The notes beneath the pieces are model-generated. The model was not told the origin of the DNA. It made no database searches and saw only the letters and a program-made list of their open reading frames with translations. Positions 12,325 through 24,642 of a DNA stretch of 64,000 nucleotides are shown in pieces. Source of the DNA: Actinomycetota bacterium (GTDB lineage: Bacteria; Actinomycetota; Actinomycetes; S36-B12). The DNA lies in NCBI GenBank assembly GCA_016870195.1, contig VGCC01000002.1, forward strand, positions 575 through 64,574, read 5' to 3'. The position numbers and the translations under genes were made by a program. Numbering within the stretch: the stretch's first letter is position 1; each line of letters opens with the position of its first letter.

Positions 12325-12443
12325 GGTGGGCACTCACCGACGACGGGCCCCTCTCACCCCCTTCGGTACCCACGGTTTTCACCGTCAGCGCGTCCCCACG
12401 TGCAGATGGTGCGCACCACCCAATAACTCAGGAGAAGCAGTTC

Positions 12444-12983
12444 GTGGCTGTCAAGATCAAGTTGAAGCGCCTGGGCAAGGTCCACGCGCCGCAGTACCGC
12501 ATCGTGGTGGCAGATTCCCGTACCGCGCGGAATGGTCGCGCGATCGAGGAAGTCGGCATCTACCAGCCCCTGGACAACCCGAGCGTGATCAAGGTCGACT
12601 CGGCGCGGGTGCAGTACTGGCTCGGCGTCGGGGCACAACCGACGGAGGCCGTGACGGCGATCCTCAAGGTCACCGGCGACTGGCAGAAGTTCAAGGGACT
12701 TCCCGGTGCCGAAGGAACCTTGGAGGTTGCTCCCGAAAAGCCCAACAAGATGCTCGCATACGAGGCTGCGGTGAAGTCGGCCGCGGACGCTCCCAAGACA
12801 CCCAAGAAGAAGCCGGCGGTCGTGGAGACAGTCGAGGAAGTCGCGGACAAGGTCGTCGAAGCAGTGGAAGAGGTTGTCGAGGCCGTCGCGGAAGCCGTCG
12901 AGGATGCTGTGCACGCGGTCGAGGACGCTGTCGAGCGTGTCGTCGAGGGCACCAAGGACGAGCCCGCGGAGAAGAGCGACTGA
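12444..12983 (+). CDS. rpsP: 30S ribosomal protein S16 with acidic C-terminal extension
   Basis: [11 protein letters not shown]...[23 protein letters not shown]; tail of (V/A)EE/DA repeats. Confidence 0.97.
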   Translation: MAVKIKLKRLGKVHAPQYRIVVADSRTARNGRAIEEVGIYQPLDNPSVIKVDSARVQYWLGVGAQPTEAVTAILKVTGDWQKFKGLPGAEGTLEVAPEKPNKMLAYEAAVKSAADAPKTPKKKPAVVETVEEVADKVVEAVEEVVEAVAEAVEDAVHAVEDAVERVVEGTKDEPAEKSD

Positions 12984-13222
12984 TGCTCGACGAGGCGCTG
13001 CGGCACCTGGTGCGCGGCATCGTCGACAACCCCGAGGACGTGCGGGTCCAGGAGAAGAGCGGGCGTCGGGGCACGAGTCTCAACGTCAGCGTCAACCCCG
13101 AGGACATGGGGCGAGTCATCGGCAGGAACGGCCGCACGGCAACGGCCCTGCGCACGGTGATCGCGGCGATCAATTCCGGCCGAGGCGTGCGAATCGACTT
13201 CCTCGACACCACCGAACGGTAG
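12983..13222 (+). CDS. khpA: KH-domain RNA-binding protein
   Basis: [20 protein letters not shown]...DMGRVIGRNGRTA; TGATG overlap with rpsP; 79 aa. Confidence 0.93.
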   Translation: MLDEALRHLVRGIVDNPEDVRVQEKSGRRGTSLNVSVNPEDMGRVIGRNGRTATALRTVIAAINSGRGVRIDFLDTTER

Positions 13223-13227
13223 ACACC

Positions 13228-13728
13228 GTGCAGGTGGTGATCGGTCGCATTGGCCGTCCCCACGGAGTCCGAGGCGATGTCATGGTCGAGCCTCGGACCG
13301 ATGAGCCCGACGTGCGCTTCGCTCCCGGAGCCTCCATGGTCGATGACGAGGGGCGCACCCTCGTCGTCGAGGAGAGCCACGTTCACTCGGGCAGACTGCG
13401 CGTGAAGTTCCAAGGGATTGTCGGCCGCGAGGGTGCGGAAGGCCTTCGGGGACGGATCCTTCACGTCGAGCGCGCCGACGACGCCCGACCGTCCGATCCC
13501 GAGGAGTTCTACGACACCGAGTTGATCGGGATGCGGGCGGTGCTGCCCGATGGTGCATATGTCGGGCTGGTGAGGGAAGTGCTGCACCTTCCGGGCCAGG
13601 ATGTCCTGGCGATCGACCACGACGGGCGCGAAATTCTCGTGCCGTTCATCGCGGACTTCGTGCCAACGGTGGATGTGGTGACACGCGAGATCAGGCTCAC
13701 GCCACCCCCCGGCCTCGTGGATCCCTAA
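13228..13728 (+). CDS. rimM: Ribosome maturation factor RimM
   Basis: GRIGRPHGVRG, EEFYDTELIG, ILVPFIADFV; start set at GTG 13228; synteny. Confidence 0.95.
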   Translation: MQVVIGRIGRPHGVRGDVMVEPRTDEPDVRFAPGASMVDDEGRTLVVEESHVHSGRLRVKFQGIVGREGAEGLRGRILHVERADDARPSDPEEFYDTELIGMRAVLPDGAYVGLVREVLHLPGQDVLAIDHDGREILVPFIADFVPTVDVVTREIRLTPPPGLVDP

Positions 13729-14444
13729 TGCGTGTCGACATCGTCACCGTCTTCCCCGACTATCTCCGTCCCCTAGATCTCTCCCTGATCGGGAAGGCGC
13801 GTGACATCGGGCTCCTCGACGTTCGAGTGCACGATTTACGCGACTGGGCGACTGACCGGCACCGCACCGTCGACGATGCCCCGTACGGTGGTGGACCCGG
13901 CATGGTGATGCGGGCAGATGTGTGGGGCGAGGCGCTCGATGCGATTCGCCTCTCGGGAGAGGGAGCCCCCCTGCTCGTGATCCCCTCACCGTCCGGGCTA
14001 CCACTCGACCATCGGGCGGTCGAGGCCTTGAGCCGCAGCGAATGGATCGTCATCGCGTGCGGCCGGTACGAGGGGATCGATGCGCGCCTGGAGCAGCACT
14101 ACCGAGGCCGCCCGGATTGGCGCGGTGTCCAGGAGATCTCGCTGGGGGACTACGTGGTCGCAGGTGGGGAGGTCGCTGCGTTGGTGCTCGTCGAAGCGAT
14201 CGGCCGACTCATCCCGGGTGTGCTCGGCAATGAAGAGAGCGCCATCCGGGACTCCTTCGGTGAGGGCTGCTCGGGATTTCTCGAGTCGCCAACCTTCACC
14301 CGGCCGGAGGAGTGGAGGGGATTGCGTGTCCCCGAGGTTCTCCTGAGCGGCGACCACGGGCGTGTCGCAGCCTGGCGGGATGACCAGGCGCGCCGCCGGA
14401 CCGAGGCGAACCGTCCCGGCTTACTCGACCCCGGGCTGGAGTGA
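13728..14444 (+). CDS. trmD: tRNA (guanine-N1)-methyltransferase
   Basis: [43 protein letters not shown]. Confidence 0.97.
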   Translation: MRVDIVTVFPDYLRPLDLSLIGKARDIGLLDVRVHDLRDWATDRHRTVDDAPYGGGPGMVMRADVWGEALDAIRLSGEGAPLLVIPSPSGLPLDHRAVEALSRSEWIVIACGRYEGIDARLEQHYRGRPDWRGVQEISLGDYVVAGGEVAALVLVEAIGRLIPGVLGNEESAIRDSFGEGCSGFLESPTFTRPEEWRGLRVPEVLLSGDHGRVAAWRDDQARRRTEANRPGLLDPGLE

Positions 14445-14458
14445 GCTCCGCAGCCATG

Positions 14459-14468
14459 TGGCAGACTT
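14459..14468 (+). promoter_or_regulatory. Putative extended -10 element of rplS
   Basis: TGGCAGACTT, same as upstream of rpsP. Confidence 0.5.
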
Positions 14469-14559
14469 CGATCTTGCCCACGGTCCACCACGGAGGATCG
14501 GGTGCGCACCAGACTCACCCGTAGACCACGGGCGCTCGCGCCCGGAGGAAGAGATAGCC

Positions 14560-14922
14560 ATGAAGACGCTCGACACGGTAGACGCCGCCTCCCTGAAGGC
14601 GGGGGTGCCCGATTTCCGTCCCGGTGACACCGTCAAGGTCCACGTCAAGGTCGTTGAGGGCAACAAGACCCGCGTTCAGATCTTCCAGGGACAGGTGGTC
14701 GGTCGCTCGGGTTCGGGTGTTAACGAGACGTTCACCGTCCGCAAGGTTTCCTACGGCGTCGGAGTTGAGCGCATTTTTCCGGTGCACACGCCGATCATTG
14801 AGAAGATCGAGCTCGTCTCCCGCGGCGATGTGCGCCGTGCCAAGCTCTACTACCTGCGCGATCTGCGTGGCAAGGCTGCGAAGATTCGCGAAAAGCGCGA
14901 GAACACCAAGTCCGAGGAATAA
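14560..14922 (+). CDS. rplS: 50S ribosomal protein L19
   Basis: [38 protein letters not shown]; ATG 14560 with GGAGG upstream. Confidence 0.97.
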   Translation: MKTLDTVDAASLKAGVPDFRPGDTVKVHVKVVEGNKTRVQIFQGQVVGRSGSGVNETFTVRKVSYGVGVERIFPVHTPIIEKIELVSRGDVRRAKLYYLRDLRGKAAKIREKRENTKSEE

Positions 14923-14925
14923 CCC

Positions 14926-15591
14926 TTGGCCGATGAGCGTCGGCGACCATGGTGGGACTTGCCGGTCACCATCTCCGTGGCGATCGGAATCGTCCTCCTG
15001 ATCACCACATTCGTTGCGAAACCCTTCTCGATTCCCTCAGGATCCATGGAGAACACCCTTCAGGTGGGCGATCGGATCCTGGTGAATCGTGTCGTGTACC
15101 ACATCCGGCCAATCGTCCGTGGCGATGTCATCGTGTTCGATGGCACGGACTCGTTCGTCCCTGCATCGGAGGTTCCCGACCGGAACCCGATCATCGGGGT
15201 ACTCGCCTATGTGGGCCAGTCCTTCGGGCTGATGGCCCCGGACAATACGGACTTCGTCAAGCGGGTCATCGGCGTCGGGGGTGACCGGGTCACGTGCTGT
15301 GATGTGTCCGGACGGATTCTCGTGAATGGAACACCGCTCACGGAGGGCGACTACCTCTTCCCCGAGGACTCACCGAGCGAACAGCCCTTCGATGTCGTCG
15401 TTCCCTCCGGCATGCTCTGGGTCATGGGCGATCACCGGTCGAATTCCGCGGACTCGCGATTCCACCTGGGGTCACCCGGTGGAGGGTTCGTCCCGGAGAG
15501 TCGGGTCGTGGGTAGGGCGATGAATGTCCTGTGGCCGGTGACGCGCGTCGATTCCATCGATATTCCGGAAACCTTCGCGGGGATTCGCTGA
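14926..15591 (+). CDS. lepB: Signal peptidase I (copy 1)
   Basis: IPSGSMENTL, FVKRVIG, MGDHRSNSADSR; TTG start. Confidence 0.94.
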   Translation: MADERRRPWWDLPVTISVAIGIVLLITTFVAKPFSIPSGSMENTLQVGDRILVNRVVYHIRPIVRGDVIVFDGTDSFVPASEVPDRNPIIGVLAYVGQSFGLMAPDNTDFVKRVIGVGGDRVTCCDVSGRILVNGTPLTEGDYLFPEDSPSEQPFDVVVPSGMLWVMGDHRSNSADSRFHLGSPGGGFVPESRVVGRAMNVLWPVTRVDSIDIPETFAGIR

Positions 15592-16355
15592 TGGCGGTCC
15601 CGGCGCGCGACCCCAACGATCCGCACGTCGCGCCCGCGGATCCGCGGGCGGGCGATCCGCGCGGTGGCAGACACGCCGCGGCGAACCGACAGTCCTCCCG
15701 GGGCTGGCATGCGTTTCGGGAGTTCGTCCTGATCATCGTCATCGCTCTTGGATTGTCCGCGGTGGTCCGCGCTTTCGTAGTTCAGGCCTTCTATGTGCCG
15801 AGCGCGTCGATGGAACAGACGCTGCTGATAAACGATCGCATCATCGCCTCACGGATCACCACCAAGGTTTCCGGAGTGGCCCGCGGCGAGATCGTGGTTT
15901 TCAAGGACCCCTCCACCTGGCTACCGGAGCCACCACCACCCCCGGGGGGCCCATTGGGCTGGCTCCAGCAGGCGCTCACGTTCGTGGGCGTGCTCCCCAG
16001 CGACTCGGGTAAGGACCTTGTGAAGCGGGCGATCGGAATCGGTGGTGATCGCGTCGCCTGCTGTGACGCGGAGGGTCGCATCGTCGTGAACGGTGTGCCG
16101 CTCGACGAGCAATACATCGTTGGCCCCACGGATCAAGTCCTGTTCGATGTCGAGGTACCCCAGGGATCAGTCTTCGTCATGGGGGATAACAGGGGTGATT
16201 CCCGAGACTCGCGTTTCCATCTGGACCAGGACAACGGATCGGTCCCGGTGGATGCCGTCGTCGGGCGGGTAGTCGTGGTCATGTGGCCCTTCGATCGCCT
16301 GGGAATCGAGAGGATTCCGGAGATCTTCGGGAACCCAGCGCTCGATATGCGGTGA
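15591..16355 (+). CDS. lepB: Signal peptidase I (copy 2)
   Basis: VPSASMEQTL, LVKRAIG, MGDNRGDSRDSR; start ATG 15591 (TGATG overlap). Confidence 0.94.
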   Translation: MAVPARDPNDPHVAPADPRAGDPRGGRHAAANRQSSRGWHAFREFVLIIVIALGLSAVVRAFVVQAFYVPSASMEQTLLINDRIIASRITTKVSGVARGEIVVFKDPSTWLPEPPPPPGGPLGWLQQALTFVGVLPSDSGKDLVKRAIGIGGDRVACCDAEGRIVVNGVPLDEQYIVGPTDQVLFDVEVPQGSVFVMGDNRGDSRDSRFHLDQDNGSVPVDAVVGRVVVVMWPFDRLGIERIPEIFGNPALDMR

Positions 16356-17011
16356 TGGCGGCGCCGACCCTTCGTCTCGAGCGCCGCCTGCTGCGCGAGG
16401 GGGCGACCCGTGTGGCGTGCGTGGACGAAGTGGGTCGAGGTGCGCTTGCAGGACCCGTCACCGTGGGGGTCGTCGTCGTGACGCAGGGATGTCGTAAACC
16501 ACCCCCGGGCATTCGGGACAGCAAAGCCCTGACCGCGGCGATGCGGCAACGGCTGCGTCCACAGATCGAAGCCTGGGCGCCGGAGTGTGCGATCGGCCAT
16601 GCGACACCGCAGGAGATCGACCGCGTGGGAATAGTGACAGCGATGCGCATGGCCGCGGTGCGTGCCCTGGCGACCATCGTTGTCGAGCCGGATTCGATCT
16701 TGCTCGATGGGTCGCACGACTACCTGAGTGTCTTTCCGCAGGGAACTCTGTTCGATCAGTCCGAGACCCCTGTTATACCTCCCGTGACGATGGTGGTCCG
16801 GGGTGACGCATCATGCGCAGGGATCGCGTGCGCAAGCATCATCGCCAAGTGCGCACGTGATGACCTGATACGCGATTTGGCGCGCGATTTTCCCCAGTAC
16901 GAATGGGATAGCAACAAGGGCTACGGGAGCGCGAACCATCTAGGAGCCATCGCAGCGCACGGACTCACGGAACACCATCGGGTGAGCTGGCGCGTGGGAA
17001 CTCCCGCGTAG
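16355..17011 (+). CDS. rnhB: Ribonuclease HII
   Basis: VDEVGRGALAGPV, RDSK, LLDG, ASIIAK, NKGYG; start ATG 16355. Confidence 0.95.
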   Translation: MAAPTLRLERRLLREGATRVACVDEVGRGALAGPVTVGVVVVTQGCRKPPPGIRDSKALTAAMRQRLRPQIEAWAPECAIGHATPQEIDRVGIVTAMRMAAVRALATIVVEPDSILLDGSHDYLSVFPQGTLFDQSETPVIPPVTMVVRGDASCAGIACASIIAKCARDDLIRDLARDFPQYEWDSNKGYGSANHLGAIAAHGLTEHHRVSWRVGTPA

Positions 17012-17086
17012 GCGATCCACAGGTCACTGTCCCCAACTCCCAGACATGGCCTTGCCGCCCGGCATTGCCCGCAGGACAGTCAGCAG

Positions 17087-17467
17087 GTGACGGAACACTC
17101 GACGCGATCCTCGATTGCCCCCAAGGACGCCCTCGGAGCGTACGGCGAAGGGCTTGCCGCGGAATTCCTCAGGGGGCAGGGCATGGTGATTCTTCATCGG
17201 AATTGGCGATGCGAGGTCGGCGAAATCGACGTGGTCGCACGCGATGGTGACGCCTTGGTCATCTGCGAGGTGAAGACTCGTAGGTCCGTCTCCCATGGAA
17301 CACCGCTCGAGGCCGTGGGTCGCCGCAAGTTGGGGAAGCTCCGTCACCTGGCTCTGCGCTACGTGACCGAGCAGCGCATCGGTCCTCGCGTGATCCGTTT
17401 CGATGTGGTCGGGGTGATCCAACCCTGGGACGGCCCTCCCATCGTCCAACACGTGAGAAACGTGTGA
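17087..17467 (+). CDS. yraN: YraN family (UPF0102) nuclease
   Basis: GAYGE, RNWRC..GEIDVVA, EVKTR, IRFDVV. Confidence 0.92.
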   Translation: MTEHSTRSSIAPKDALGAYGEGLAAEFLRGQGMVILHRNWRCEVGEIDVVARDGDALVICEVKTRRSVSHGTPLEAVGRRKLGKLRHLALRYVTEQRIGPRVIRFDVVGVIQPWDGPPIVQHVRNV

Positions 17468-17468
17468 C

Positions 17469-18977
17469 ATGGGACTTGCGCGTGCGTCTGGCGCGGTTCT
17501 CGACGGAGTTCGCGGCGTTCTGATCGACATCGAGGTCCACGTCGGGCCCGGTTTGCCATCGGTGGGCATTGTGGGCCTGCCAGGTGCCTCGGTCAACGAG
17601 GCCCGTTGGAGGATCCGAAGTGCGATTCAAAACTCGGGGTATCCATGGCCCGACTCACGGGTGACAGTCAGCCTCGCACCGTCCGAATTACCGAAGCACG
17701 GCGCAGGCCTCGATCTCCCGATGGCCCTGGCGATCCTCGCTTCCTCAGGTCGGATTCCGGGCCACTGCCTCGTGGGTGTGGCGCTGATCGGTGAACTGGC
17801 CCTAGATGGTGGAGTACGGCCAGTGCGCGGTGCTCTTGCACTGGCACTCGGTCTCGTCGAGCGGGGCTGCCGCAGCGTGATCGTTCCGCACGACAACGCC
17901 ACCGAGTGTGCGGTGGTCCCCGGTGTTGAGATCTTCGCCGTCGATAGCCTGGCAGCTGCGCTCCGCACCCTCGCGGGAGAAGGTGTGCCGGTTCGTGCGG
18001 ACGACGTGGTCCACGACGACCACCACTCCCACCTCGACCTCCAGGACGTGCAGGGTCAGTCGCAGGCCAGGTGGGCGCTGGAGATCGCCGCGGCTGGCGG
18101 TCATCACCTGTTGCTCCTCGGGAATCCGGGAGTCGGCAAGACGATGTTGGCCGAGCGCCTCCCCGGGATACTTCCGGACCTCGATGACGAGTCGACCCGC
18201 GAGGTGACTGCGATTCACTCCGTCGCGGGCCTGACTCACGATCGCATGGTCCGTCGGCCACCGTTTCAAGCTCCACACTGCAGCGCCTCGTCGGCCGCGG
18301 TTCTCGGTTCCGTGCGTCGATCCGGGGTGGTGCCGGGTGCCGTGACCCTGGCCCACCGAGGAGTGCTGTTCCTGGACGAGGCACCCGAATTCGATCGTGA
18401 TGTCCTTGAGGGTTTGCGCCAGCCCATGGAATCCCGCGCGATCGCGATTCACCGCGCAGGGTGGCTCGGCTCGCTCCCAGCCGACGTGCAGATGGTCCTT
18501 GCGGCGAACCCCTGTCCCTGCGGCCACTACAACCAGGCGGTCACGGACAGCTGCCTGTGCAGGTCAGATCGGATCCGGGCCTATCAGTCTCGAATCTCGG
18601 GCCCGGTGCGTAGTCGACTGGACCTCGGGGTGAACATGCACGCACTCGGCGCTGCTTCGCTGGATTCGGAAGACACGCGTTCCGTGCGCGATCGCGTCTG
18701 GGAGGCACGCGTACGAGCAGCTCATCGCCTCGGCAGATTCGGTGTTTCCCTCAACTGTCGCGTGCCGGGCAGGATCCTCACCGATGAATTGAGTGTGGAC
18801 CCTGGGGCGCAAGACACGGTCACCGAACTGGCCGATCTCGGGATGCGTGGACTTCACAGGTGCCTCCGCGTTGCGTGGAGCATCGCCGATCTCCGGGCGC
18901 ATGAGCGTCCCACCCGGGATGACGTACGTGAAGCGGTGGACTTCTATCGTGCCGCGCAACAGGTCGGAGTGCCGTGA
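17469..18977 (+). CDS. comM: ComM/YifB Mg-chelatase-like AAA+ ATPase
   Basis: IVGLP, GELALDG, GNPGVGKTMLA, LAHRGVLFLDE, AANPCPCG. Confidence 0.93.
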   Translation: MGLARASGAVLDGVRGVLIDIEVHVGPGLPSVGIVGLPGASVNEARWRIRSAIQNSGYPWPDSRVTVSLAPSELPKHGAGLDLPMALAILASSGRIPGHCLVGVALIGELALDGGVRPVRGALALALGLVERGCRSVIVPHDNATECAVVPGVEIFAVDSLAAALRTLAGEGVPVRADDVVHDDHHSHLDLQDVQGQSQARWALEIAAAGGHHLLLLGNPGVGKTMLAERLPGILPDLDDESTREVTAIHSVAGLTHDRMVRRPPFQAPHCSASSAAVLGSVRRSGVVPGAVTLAHRGVLFLDEAPEFDRDVLEGLRQPMESRAIAIHRAGWLGSLPADVQMVLAANPCPCGHYNQAVTDSCLCRSDRIRAYQSRISGPVRSRLDLGVNMHALGAASLDSEDTRSVRDRVWEARVRAAHRLGRFGVSLNCRVPGRILTDELSVDPGAQDTVTELADLGMRGLHRCLRVAWSIADLRAHERPTRDDVREAVDFYRAAQQVGVP

Positions 18978-20077
18978 AGGAAACCGACATAACCCACTGG
19001 TGCAGCGATGATCGTCGTGCGCGCTTCGCTCTTGCTCATATATGCGACCCCGCCGATGCACTGGTGGACGAACTATGCGCCCGGCAGGGTGCGCCGGCAA
19101 CACTGGCACGCTTGCTCGGCGGCGGGATTGCCAACCGCGACCGAGAGGTCTACGCGCTCCGGTGGACCCGATGTGATCTCAGCTCCGAGCACGACCGAGC
19201 CGAGGAGCGCGGTATCCGGTGGCTGGTGCGCGGCGATGCGGAGTGGCCCAGGGGGCTCGACGACGTAGGTGTTGTGGCTCCGCACGTCCTCTGGGTTCAG
19301 GGGAGTGCCCACCTGGCTCGCGCGTGCGACCTGTCGCTGGCAATGGTGGGTGCCCGTGCGTGCACGCACTACGGCGCGGATGTGGCCCGCGCGTGGGCGG
19401 CCGAACTCGCATCGTCGGGGGTCACCATCGTGTCGGGGGGAGCATTCGGGATCGATGCGTCGGCCCATCGTGGCGCCCTTGCGACCGGAAACAGCATCCT
19501 GGTCACCGCAGCCGGGATCGATAGTCCCTACCCGCGGGCCCACGAGGGCCTTTTTGCGAGCGTAGCCGAACGCGGATGCGTGGTCTCGGAGAGTCCACTT
19601 GGCTCCAGTGTTCGCCGGGCACGGTTCCTCACTCGAAACAGGGTGATTGCCGCGATGTCCCGGGCGACGCTCATCGTGGAAGCGGCGCACCGATCGGGAT
19701 CCTTGAACACCGCGCGTCACGCTGCGGAGGTTGGCCGGCAGGTCCTGGCTGTACCGGGTCCGGTCACGTCCGCGCTATCCCACGGGTGTCACGGACTCGT
19801 CATCGATCGCCGTGCGGAATTGGTGACCGGAGTGCGTGATGTTCTCTCATTCCTCGTGGATAGTGTCGATGCCAGACAGGCTTCTTCCGGCGTGCACCTC
19901 TCCGTGCCGCAACGCACGCTGCTTGATTCGTTGCCGGAGTCGGGCGGTGCGAGTGTGGACGATCTCATCGCGGCGAGCGGGATGGCGCGGCACCAGGTGG
20001 AGCGGACGATCCGCGAGTTGGCCACTATGGCGCGGGTGCTCGGTACGGACGCTACGTGGTCACGGCGCACGCGGTGA
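18974..20077 (+). CDS. dprA: DNA processing protein DprA
   Basis: VGARACTHYG, VSGGAFGIDASAHRGAL, FLTRNRVIA, VEAAHRSGSLNTA, VPGPV. Confidence 0.94.
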   Translation: MKETDITHWCSDDRRARFALAHICDPADALVDELCARQGAPATLARLLGGGIANRDREVYALRWTRCDLSSEHDRAEERGIRWLVRGDAEWPRGLDDVGVVAPHVLWVQGSAHLARACDLSLAMVGARACTHYGADVARAWAAELASSGVTIVSGGAFGIDASAHRGALATGNSILVTAAGIDSPYPRAHEGLFASVAERGCVVSESPLGSSVRRARFLTRNRVIAAMSRATLIVEAAHRSGSLNTARHAAEVGRQVLAVPGPVTSALSHGCHGLVIDRRAELVTGVRDVLSFLVDSVDARQASSGVHLSVPQRTLLDSLPESGGASVDDLIAASGMARHQVERTIRELATMARVLGTDATWSRRTR

Positions 20078-20482
20078 CTTGATCACCAGCCGCGGCTGCA
20101 GGAACTGGAGCGGATCCCGGTACCTCCCTTCGACACGCACTCCCAGATGGAGACACGTACACGTGCCATGTCGGGCTCCGAGGCGACCGATGACATCCCC
20201 GGCCCGCACGACCGCACCCACTGCCCGACTCGAATGGACAGGCTGGTAGCTGGTCGCTATCGGACCAATGCGGATGGTGACCGTCGGGACGCCCGCGACC
20301 AGCCCGGCGAAGGCGATCGCCCCGTCGTGGGCTGCCCGGATGGAGCTTCCCTCCTCGGCCTCGATGTCGACCCCCCGGTGCCCTGGACCGAATGCGTGCG
20401 CGGGTTCCTGGAAGGGGGTCACGACTGGGCCCACCACGGGCCAGAGCCAGACGAGGGAGGTGAGGAGTGCGGTCAGGGTCAC
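20060..20482 (-). CDS. M23 family peptidase
   Basis: GHRGVD and CLHLG zinc motifs with a hydrophobic N-terminus; conserved position opposite rpsB; start approximate. Confidence 0.85.
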   Translation of the reverse strand: MTLTALLTSLVWLWPVVGPVVTPFQEPAHAFGPGHRGVDIEAEEGSSIRAAHDGAIAFAGLVAGVPTVTIRIGPIATSYQPVHSSRAVGAVVRAGDVIGRLGARHGTCTCLHLGVRVEGRYRDPLQFLQPRLVIKSPRAP

Positions 20483-20579
20483 GGGCTCCACGGTGCCCCG
20501 AACACCCGCCGGCTGGGGCTCCGCGTGCGCCGGCGGGGTCCGCGGCACGCCCTGTGGAGGGAGTCGCGGGGGGACGCCC

Positions 20580-20771
20580 TAGACTCGGGGGGCCCCTTCG
20601 GGGGTGCAGTACACATTTCGCGTGGCCCGAGCCGAAAGGCCTGAACGCCCCAGCGGTCCTCCTCGGAGGTGCGGGCGGCAGGGGTCACCAGGGATCGTCC
20701 CGCCGGGATGATCGTCAACCGTCGCCTCACTCAGGTGGGGCCACACGGGCGTACGCCCGAGGGAGTTCGTC
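20580..20771 (+). promoter_or_regulatory. rpsB-tsf promoter and structured 5' leader (probable S2 autoregulatory element)
   Basis: TAGACT -10 at 20580-20585, then about 180 nt with hairpins CCCC-TTCG-GGGG (20593-20604), GCC-GAAA-GGC (20631-20640) and CCTC-CTCG-GAGG (20658-20669). Confidence 0.6.
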
Positions 20772-21569
20772 ATGGCTGTCGTCACCATGCGCCAGTTGCT
20801 CGAGAGCGGTGTCCACTTCGGCCACCAGACCCGACGCTGGAATCCGAAGATGAAGCGGTTCATCTTCACCGAACGCAATGGCATCTACATCATCGATCTG
20901 CAGCAGTCGCTGTCCTACATCGATCGCGCCTACGAGTACGTGAAGGAGACCGTCGCCCACGGCGGCACCGTCATGTTCGTGGGGACCAAGAAGCAGGGGC
21001 AGGAAGCTATCGCCGAGCAGGCAGCTCGTGTTGGCATGCCCTTCGTGAACCAGCGTTGGCTCGGTGGCCTGTTGACCAACTTCAGCACAGTCCACAAGCG
21101 TCTCCAGCGCCTCAAGGAACTCGAGGAGATCAACTTCGACGACGTGTCAGGGTCCGGCATGACCAAGAAGGAATTGCTGATGATGCGTCGTGAGAAGGAG
21201 AAGCTCGAGCGCACCCTCGGCGGCATCCGCGATATGGCGAAGATTCCTTCCGCGATCTGGGTGGTGGACACCAAGAAGGAGCACATCGCCGTGGGCGAGG
21301 CCCGCAAACTGGGTATTCCGGTCATCGCGGTGTTGGACACGAACTGCGATCCAGACGAAGTCGACTTCCCCATCCCCGGGAACGACGATGCGATCCGATC
21401 CGTCGCTCTTTTGACTCGGGTGATCGCCGATGCGGTTGCAGAGGGACTGATCGCGCGGGCTGGCGTTGTGACGGGCACCGTCGCAGAAGAGCCCTTGGCG
21501 GAGTGGGAGCGCGAGTTGCTGACCGGAAATGCGGCCGTGGAGTCCACGGACGAGACCTCTCAGGAGTAG
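20772..21569 (+). CDS. rpsB: 30S ribosomal protein S2
   Basis: [40 protein letters not shown]. Confidence 0.98.
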   Translation: MAVVTMRQLLESGVHFGHQTRRWNPKMKRFIFTERNGIYIIDLQQSLSYIDRAYEYVKETVAHGGTVMFVGTKKQGQEAIAEQAARVGMPFVNQRWLGGLLTNFSTVHKRLQRLKELEEINFDDVSGSGMTKKELLMMRREKEKLERTLGGIRDMAKIPSAIWVVDTKKEHIAVGEARKLGIPVIAVLDTNCDPDEVDFPIPGNDDAIRSVALLTRVIADAVAEGLIARAGVVTGTVAEEPLAEWERELLTGNAAVESTDETSQE

Positions 21570-21611
21570 ACCAACAGTTGGGCGCTTCGCGCCCGAGCGG
21601 AAAGGCTGGAC

Positions 21612-23212
<1,601 letters not shown>

Positions 23213-23234
23213 CGCTCGTGAAGGGACCCAGGCT

Positions 23235-23801
23235 ATGAGCGAAGAAATCGATCTGACGTTGCTTGAGGCAACGGAGAAAATGGATAAGGCAATCGAAGTT
23301 GCCCGGGAGGATTTCGCCACCATTCGCACGGGGCGCGCGAATCCTGCCATGTTCAACAAGATTCTGGTCGACTACTACGGGACGCCGACACCGATCAATC
23401 AGCTTGCCTCGTTCCAGACCCCCGAGGCCCGGATGATCATCATCACGCCGTACGACAAGGGCGCGTCATCAGGCATAGAGAAGGCACTTCGTGAGAGTGA
23501 CCTGGGGATCAATCCCACCACCGATGGGGCCATTATCCGAGTCGTCCTCCCGCAGTTGACCGAAGAGCGACGAAAGGAGTACATCAAGGTTGCCCGCACG
23601 AAGGCCGAGGACTCACGGATCTCCATTCGGAACATCCGTCGCCATGCCAAGGACACCCTGGATCGACTCCAGAAGGACGGCGAGGCAGGCGAAGACGATG
23701 TTCGTCGCGCTGAAAAGGCCCTCGACGACCTGACCCATAAGCACGTCGAGCACGTTGACGAAATCCTGAAGCACAAAGAAGCAGAACTACTCGAGGTCTG
23801 A
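23235..23801 (+). CDS. frr: Ribosome recycling factor
   Basis: IRTGRANP, VDYYG, PQLTEERRKE, IRNIRR. Confidence 0.97.
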   Translation: MSEEIDLTLLEATEKMDKAIEVAREDFATIRTGRANPAMFNKILVDYYGTPTPINQLASFQTPEARMIIITPYDKGASSGIEKALRESDLGINPTTDGAIIRVVLPQLTEERRKEYIKVARTKAEDSRISIRNIRRHAKDTLDRLQKDGEAGEDDVRRAEKALDDLTHKHVEHVDEILKHKEAELLEV

Positions 23802-23802
23802 A

Positions 23803-24642
23803 GTGACGGACACCAGTTCCGGCTCGCGCGCGGGGCGGAATCTCCCGGCGGCCATCGCCTCGAGTCTCGTGCTGGGTGCGCTTGTCCTGGTGAGCCTCTT
23901 CACTCAGAAGTGGCTTTTCGTCGTGGTCGTCGTCGCGGCGCTCGTCATCGCGAGTCGGGAACTGATTAGCGCCTTCCAGGGCGCGGGCATCCGCATCGCG
24001 CGCACACCCGTCTATGCCGCCGCGGTGATCCTGCCGTCGGTCGCATACATCTGGGGTACGACGCTGCAATTGGTCGTCCTGGGTGTTTCGGTCCTGCTGT
24101 CCATGCTGTGGCGAATCCGCAGGGGATTCGAGGGCTACGTCAAGGACACCGCGGCAACGATCTTCACCATCGTCTACCTGCCTTTCATGGCCGGATTCCT
24201 CATGCTGACTCTCGCCGCAGACGACGGTCCCGTGCGCGTCGTCGTGTTCATCCTGCTCACGATGGGAAATGATGTTGGCGGATACGCGGTAGGTGTCCTC
24301 TTGGGACGTCACCCCATCGCCAAGGACATCAGCCCGAAGAAGTCGTGGGAGGGGCTGGCGGGTTCCTTCGTGGTCCAGGCGGTTGTGGGCGCACTCACGT
24401 TCACCTACCTGCTCGACGCAGCGTGGTGGCAAGGCGTCATCGTCGGTTTGGCTCTGACGGTCACGGCCACCGCCGGCGACTTCGCCGAGAGCGCCTTAAA
24501 GCGCGACCTGGGCGTCAAGGACATGGGGAGCCTGCTGCCCGGCCATGGAGGCATGATGGATCGACTTGATTCCCTCGTGCCCAACGCCTTCGCGTCCTGG
24601 GCCTTGTTCACCCTGTTCCTGGGATCCGGCATCTCCTCATGA
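23803..24642 (+). CDS. cdsA: Phosphatidate cytidylyltransferase
   Basis: [39 protein letters not shown]. Confidence 0.96.
   Translation: MTDTSSGSRAGRNLPAAIASSLVLGALVLVSLFTQKWLFVVVVVAALVIASRELISAFQGAGIRIARTPVYAAAVILPSVAYIWGTTLQLVVLGVSVLLSMLWRIRRGFEGYVKDTAATIFTIVYLPFMAGFLMLTLAADDGPVRVVVFILLTMGNDVGGYAVGVLLGRHPIAKDISPKKSWEGLAGSFVVQAVVGALTFTYLLDAAWWQGVIVGLALTVTATAGDFAESALKRDLGVKDMGSLLPGHGGMMDRLDSLVPNAFASWALFTLFLGSGISS

Noticed and set aside
12820-12960. Periodic GTCGAGGA-like repeats as a CRISPR array
   Set aside because: Degenerate coding repeats within the S16 tail; no spacers or cas genes.
12323-13728. Long N-terminal extensions in track ORFs (khpA, rimM; also LLM, FGE-2, deaminase, P450)
   Set aside because: They overlap upstream genes or promoters; downstream starts with an RBS or stop/start coupling fit family lengths.
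14926-16355. Duplicated signal peptidase I as an unusual feature
   Set aside because: Tandem lepB genes after rplS are common in this phylum.
17087-20077. yraN-comM-dprA as a novel nuclease/ATPase defence system
   Set aside because: Well-known conserved transformation/recombination block in Actinobacteria.
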